A stretch of 34,284 nt of DNA from a virus (Duplodnaviria > Caudoviricetes). Every line of letters starts with the position of its first letter. Position 1 is the stretch's first letter. The stretch covers positions 1 through 34,284 of IMG/VR virus record IMGVR_UViG_3300025875_000073; one strand, given 5' to 3'. The position numbers and the translations under genes were made by a program. Positions 32,088 to 34,284 of the stretch are shown here, one piece after another. Below the pieces are notes generated by a model. It was given only the letters and a program-made list of their open reading frames with translations. It ran no database searches and had not been told where the DNA came from.

Positions 32088-32564
32088 ATGACCGCACCCG
32101 TCGGCCCGTACTTCGTGCGCGGCGTCACGAAGTTCATCGCCTGCCCGTCCATCGCCGACCTCAAGAACCCCACCCGCACCGAGCTCGACGCCGGGACCCG
32201 CCTCACCAACATCGTGGGCATCGGCGGCTTCCAGATCTCCACCGCGTTCATCCCCACCCCAGACCTGGACTCCTCGTTCACCGGCAACGTCGCCGGGGAG
32301 CGCACCGCTGGCGACGCCAGCCTCACCTTCAAGGACGTGCGCGGCGACACCACGAACCGGGACGTCCTTGAGGAGGGCACCAACCTGGTGCTGGTCAAGC
32401 TGGACTACGGCGACATCCCGGGTGAGCGCTGCGAGTGCTGGCCGACCATCTCCGCCGGCGTCAACCAGCAGCTCGACCTGTCCTCCTACGGGCAGTTTCA
32501 GGTGACGTTCTCGGTCCCCGAGGACCCGGAGAAGAACGCCGTCGTGCCCCCCGCCGCCGCCTGA
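32088..32564 (+). CDS. Major tail (tube) protein
   Basis: AGGAG RBS; IAD...PTRTELDAG...TPDL.S.F...V.G pattern; position. Confidence 0.82.
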   Translation: MTAPVGPYFVRGVTKFIACPSIADLKNPTRTELDAGTRLTNIVGIGGFQISTAFIPTPDLDSSFTGNVAGERTAGDASLTFKDVRGDTTNRDVLEEGTNLVLVKLDYGDIPGERCECWPTISAGVNQQLDLSSYGQFQVTFSVPEDPEKNAVVPPAAA

Positions 32565-32581
32565 TCCACACCCCCTGATCG

Positions 32582-32622
32582 GCTGAGGCGGGTGCGGGAG
32601 TCGCGCCCGCACCCGTCTCGGC
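32582..32622 (+). terminator. Long hairpin after the major tail gene
   Basis: GCTGAGGCGGGTGCGGG-N7-CCCGCACCCGTCTCGGC. Confidence 0.55.
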
Positions 32623-32655
32623 TTCCCCTCCACCGCGACCACTGGAGCTACCACC

Positions 32656-33201
32656 ATGATTCAGACCGACACCGGACCGCAGCAGCTCACCTGGAGCCAG
32701 GTCAAGGACCGCAAGAAGCGCCGCGAGGCCACGTTCACCCTCGTCACCGACGACGAGGCAGCTACCGCCTACCGGCTGGCGAAGGCTCGCCGCGACGACC
32801 TGCCCTTCGGGGCCACCGCCGACGATCGGGCCGCAGCGCAGGCCGCAGTCGACGACGCGGAACGCGCCGTCCGCGCCTCCGCGCTCACCATGCGGCTGCG
32901 CGCCATGCCCCGCAAGGGCGACGGCAGCTTCGACGCCCTCAAGGCCGAGCACCCGCCAACGGAGGACGACAACAAGTCCGTCCAGCAGTCCAGCGGCAAT
33001 GCTAAGGCCAAGGCCCTGTGGCACGCCGACACCTTCTACCCGGCACTAGTGGCCGCGTCCCTCACCGAACCGAAGGTCACCGTCGAGGAAGCCGCCGAGA
33101 TGGCCGCCGACTGGAACGACGGCGAGTGGACCGAGCTGTACCTCACCGCCCTCGACGTCAACCAGCGCAAGACGGACACGGCCGGCCTGACTTTCAGCTA
33201 A
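32656..33201 (+). CDS. Tail assembly chaperone (G-like)
   Basis: Between tail tube and tape measure genes; followed by a start-less -1-frame ORF. Confidence 0.8.
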   Translation: MIQTDTGPQQLTWSQVKDRKKRREATFTLVTDDEAATAYRLAKARRDDLPFGATADDRAAAQAAVDDAERAVRASALTMRLRAMPRKGDGSFDALKAEHPPTEDDNKSVQQSSGNAKAKALWHADTFYPALVAASLTEPKVTVEEAAEMAADWNDGEWTELYLTALDVNQRKTDTAGLTFS

Positions 33202-33572
33202 GGGCGGACCCGCAACTGCGGGCCGAGCTGGACTACTGCGTCCCGCTCGGCATCCCGCACAGCAAGTTCCTGGCCTGGAGCGACGCTGACCGCGGGTACG
33301 CCCTCGCCTGGACGCAGGACAAGAAAGCCACCTGCCGATGCGGCACCCGCGCCGACGAGTGGGTCGAGGACGAAGACGCCTACATCTCCTCGCACTACAC
33401 CTGCCCGGGGTGCGCCCGGCTACAGGAGCACGCGAAGAACAACCTCGACCGGACGGCCGGTCCGAATGGCGAACCCGTAGTGCTTCCCGGGCAGCACCCG
33501 TACCTGGAACGCCGGGACGTGTTCGAGGCGCGGCAGGAAGCCAAACGGAACCGCCCACTCGAAACCGACTGA
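33192..33572 (+). CDS. Tail assembly chaperone frameshift extension (GT-like)
   Basis: -1 frame LRADPQLRAELDYC..LGIPHSKFL.W...CPGC; no usable start codon. Confidence 0.72.
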   Translation, partial: FQLRADPQLRAELDYCVPLGIPHSKFLAWSDADRGYALAWTQDKKATCRCGTRADEWVEDEDAYISSHYTCPGCARLQEHAKNNLDRTAGPNGEPVVLPGQHPYLERRDVFEARQEAKRNRPLETD

Positions 33573-33593
33573 CCTCATGGACGGGGGTGTCGC

Positions 33594-34284
33594 GTGTCCC
33601 GCGTCCTGGAGACCATCCTCACCGGCACCAACCGACTGTCCCCGGTACTGCGGGACGCCGCCCGCGACGTCACCGCCTACAACGCTGCCGTGGAGGGCGC
33701 GCACACCCGCGCCGGCACCACGGCCACCACGTCGGCGGACAAGCAGCAGGCCGCCGCGCAGAAGGTGGTCGCGGCCAACCGCAAGGCCGCGGACTCGGCC
33801 GTCACGTCCATGGGGGATTCGGCGCGGCGCAACGGCGACAACGCCGGTGGCGCGTTCTCCGAGGCGTTCCAGAAGCAGGTCGCCCGGGCGCTCACCGCCC
33901 TCCCGGACGTGGCAATCGGCGCGGACTCCACCGACGCCGACCGGGAGATCTCTGCGATCCGGCAGCGGCTGGCGGAGCTGTCGGGCAAGACGATCGGCGT
34001 CGACATCGACGCCGGCGCCGCCAACTCCGAGCTGCAGCAGCTGCGGACCCGACTGGCTGAGCTCGGGTCGTCCAACCCCGACATCCGGGTGCAGGTCGAC
34101 GCGGCCGCCGCTGAGGCCGCGCTGGGGAAGGTCAACGCCGAAGTCGCCCGCCTCGACGGGCGCACTGCCAACGTCACCGTCAACGTGGACGACCGCGGCT
34201 CGTTCGGCCGCGCCAACAACGGGATGCGCACCCTGACGTCGGCGGCGCTGGCGCTGTCCCCTGCCCTGACGGCGGTCGGGGCGG
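33594..34284 (+). CDS. Tape measure protein (partial, runs off the window)
   Basis: GGGGGTG RBS, GTG start, open Ala-rich frame (VSRVLETILTG...VQVDAAAAEAAL...) to the end; absent from the ORF track because no stop is reached. Confidence 0.85.
   Translation, partial: MSRVLETILTGTNRLSPVLRDAARDVTAYNAAVEGAHTRAGTTATTSADKQQAAAQKVVAANRKAADSAVTSMGDSARRNGDNAGGAFSEAFQKQVARALTALPDVAIGADSTDADREISAIRQRLAELSGKTIGVDIDAGAANSELQQLRTRLAELGSSNPDIRVQVDAAAAEAALGKVNAEVARLDGRTANVTVNVDDRGSFGRANNGMRTLTSAALALSPALTAVGA

Larger units (their letters stand above)
1..34284. mobile_element. Temperate actinobacterial siphovirus-type (pro)phage, right part truncated
   Basis: Integrase-immunity-recombination-replication-terminase-portal-capsid-tail gene order; very high GC. 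att boundaries were not identified. Confidence 0.95.

Overview
The window is most of a temperate, very GC-rich actinobacterial siphovirus-type prophage, cut off inside the tape-measure gene. Left to right it contains: a leftward lysogeny module (large serine integrase, ImmA/IrrE-type HExxH protease, XRE repressor) facing a Cro-like gene across palindromic operators; a translationally coupled early operon (DEDDh exonuclease, YqaJ exonuclease + RecT, RusA, C5 DNA methyltransferase, replication initiator with iterons); about 8 kb of small mosaic genes; late regulators; a ~620-nt structured non-coding region with an initiator-like tRNA-Met; and head and tail genes. The most unusual signals are: (1) small genes whose stop/start junctions share a TGACCGCCCAGAGGGGC repeat (N-terminal MTAQRG) in two alternating variants; (2) a C5 methyltransferase whose variable region is double-coded, with a +1-frame ORF of five LLPTP modules; (3) one covarying structured leader plus promoter shared by three otherwise different HNH endonuclease genes; (4) a TerS-like gene ~7.5 kb upstream of TerL, with a structured RNA/tRNA block in its usual place and a matching promoter upstream of each region. 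All family assignments come from motifs recognised by eye; no searches were run.
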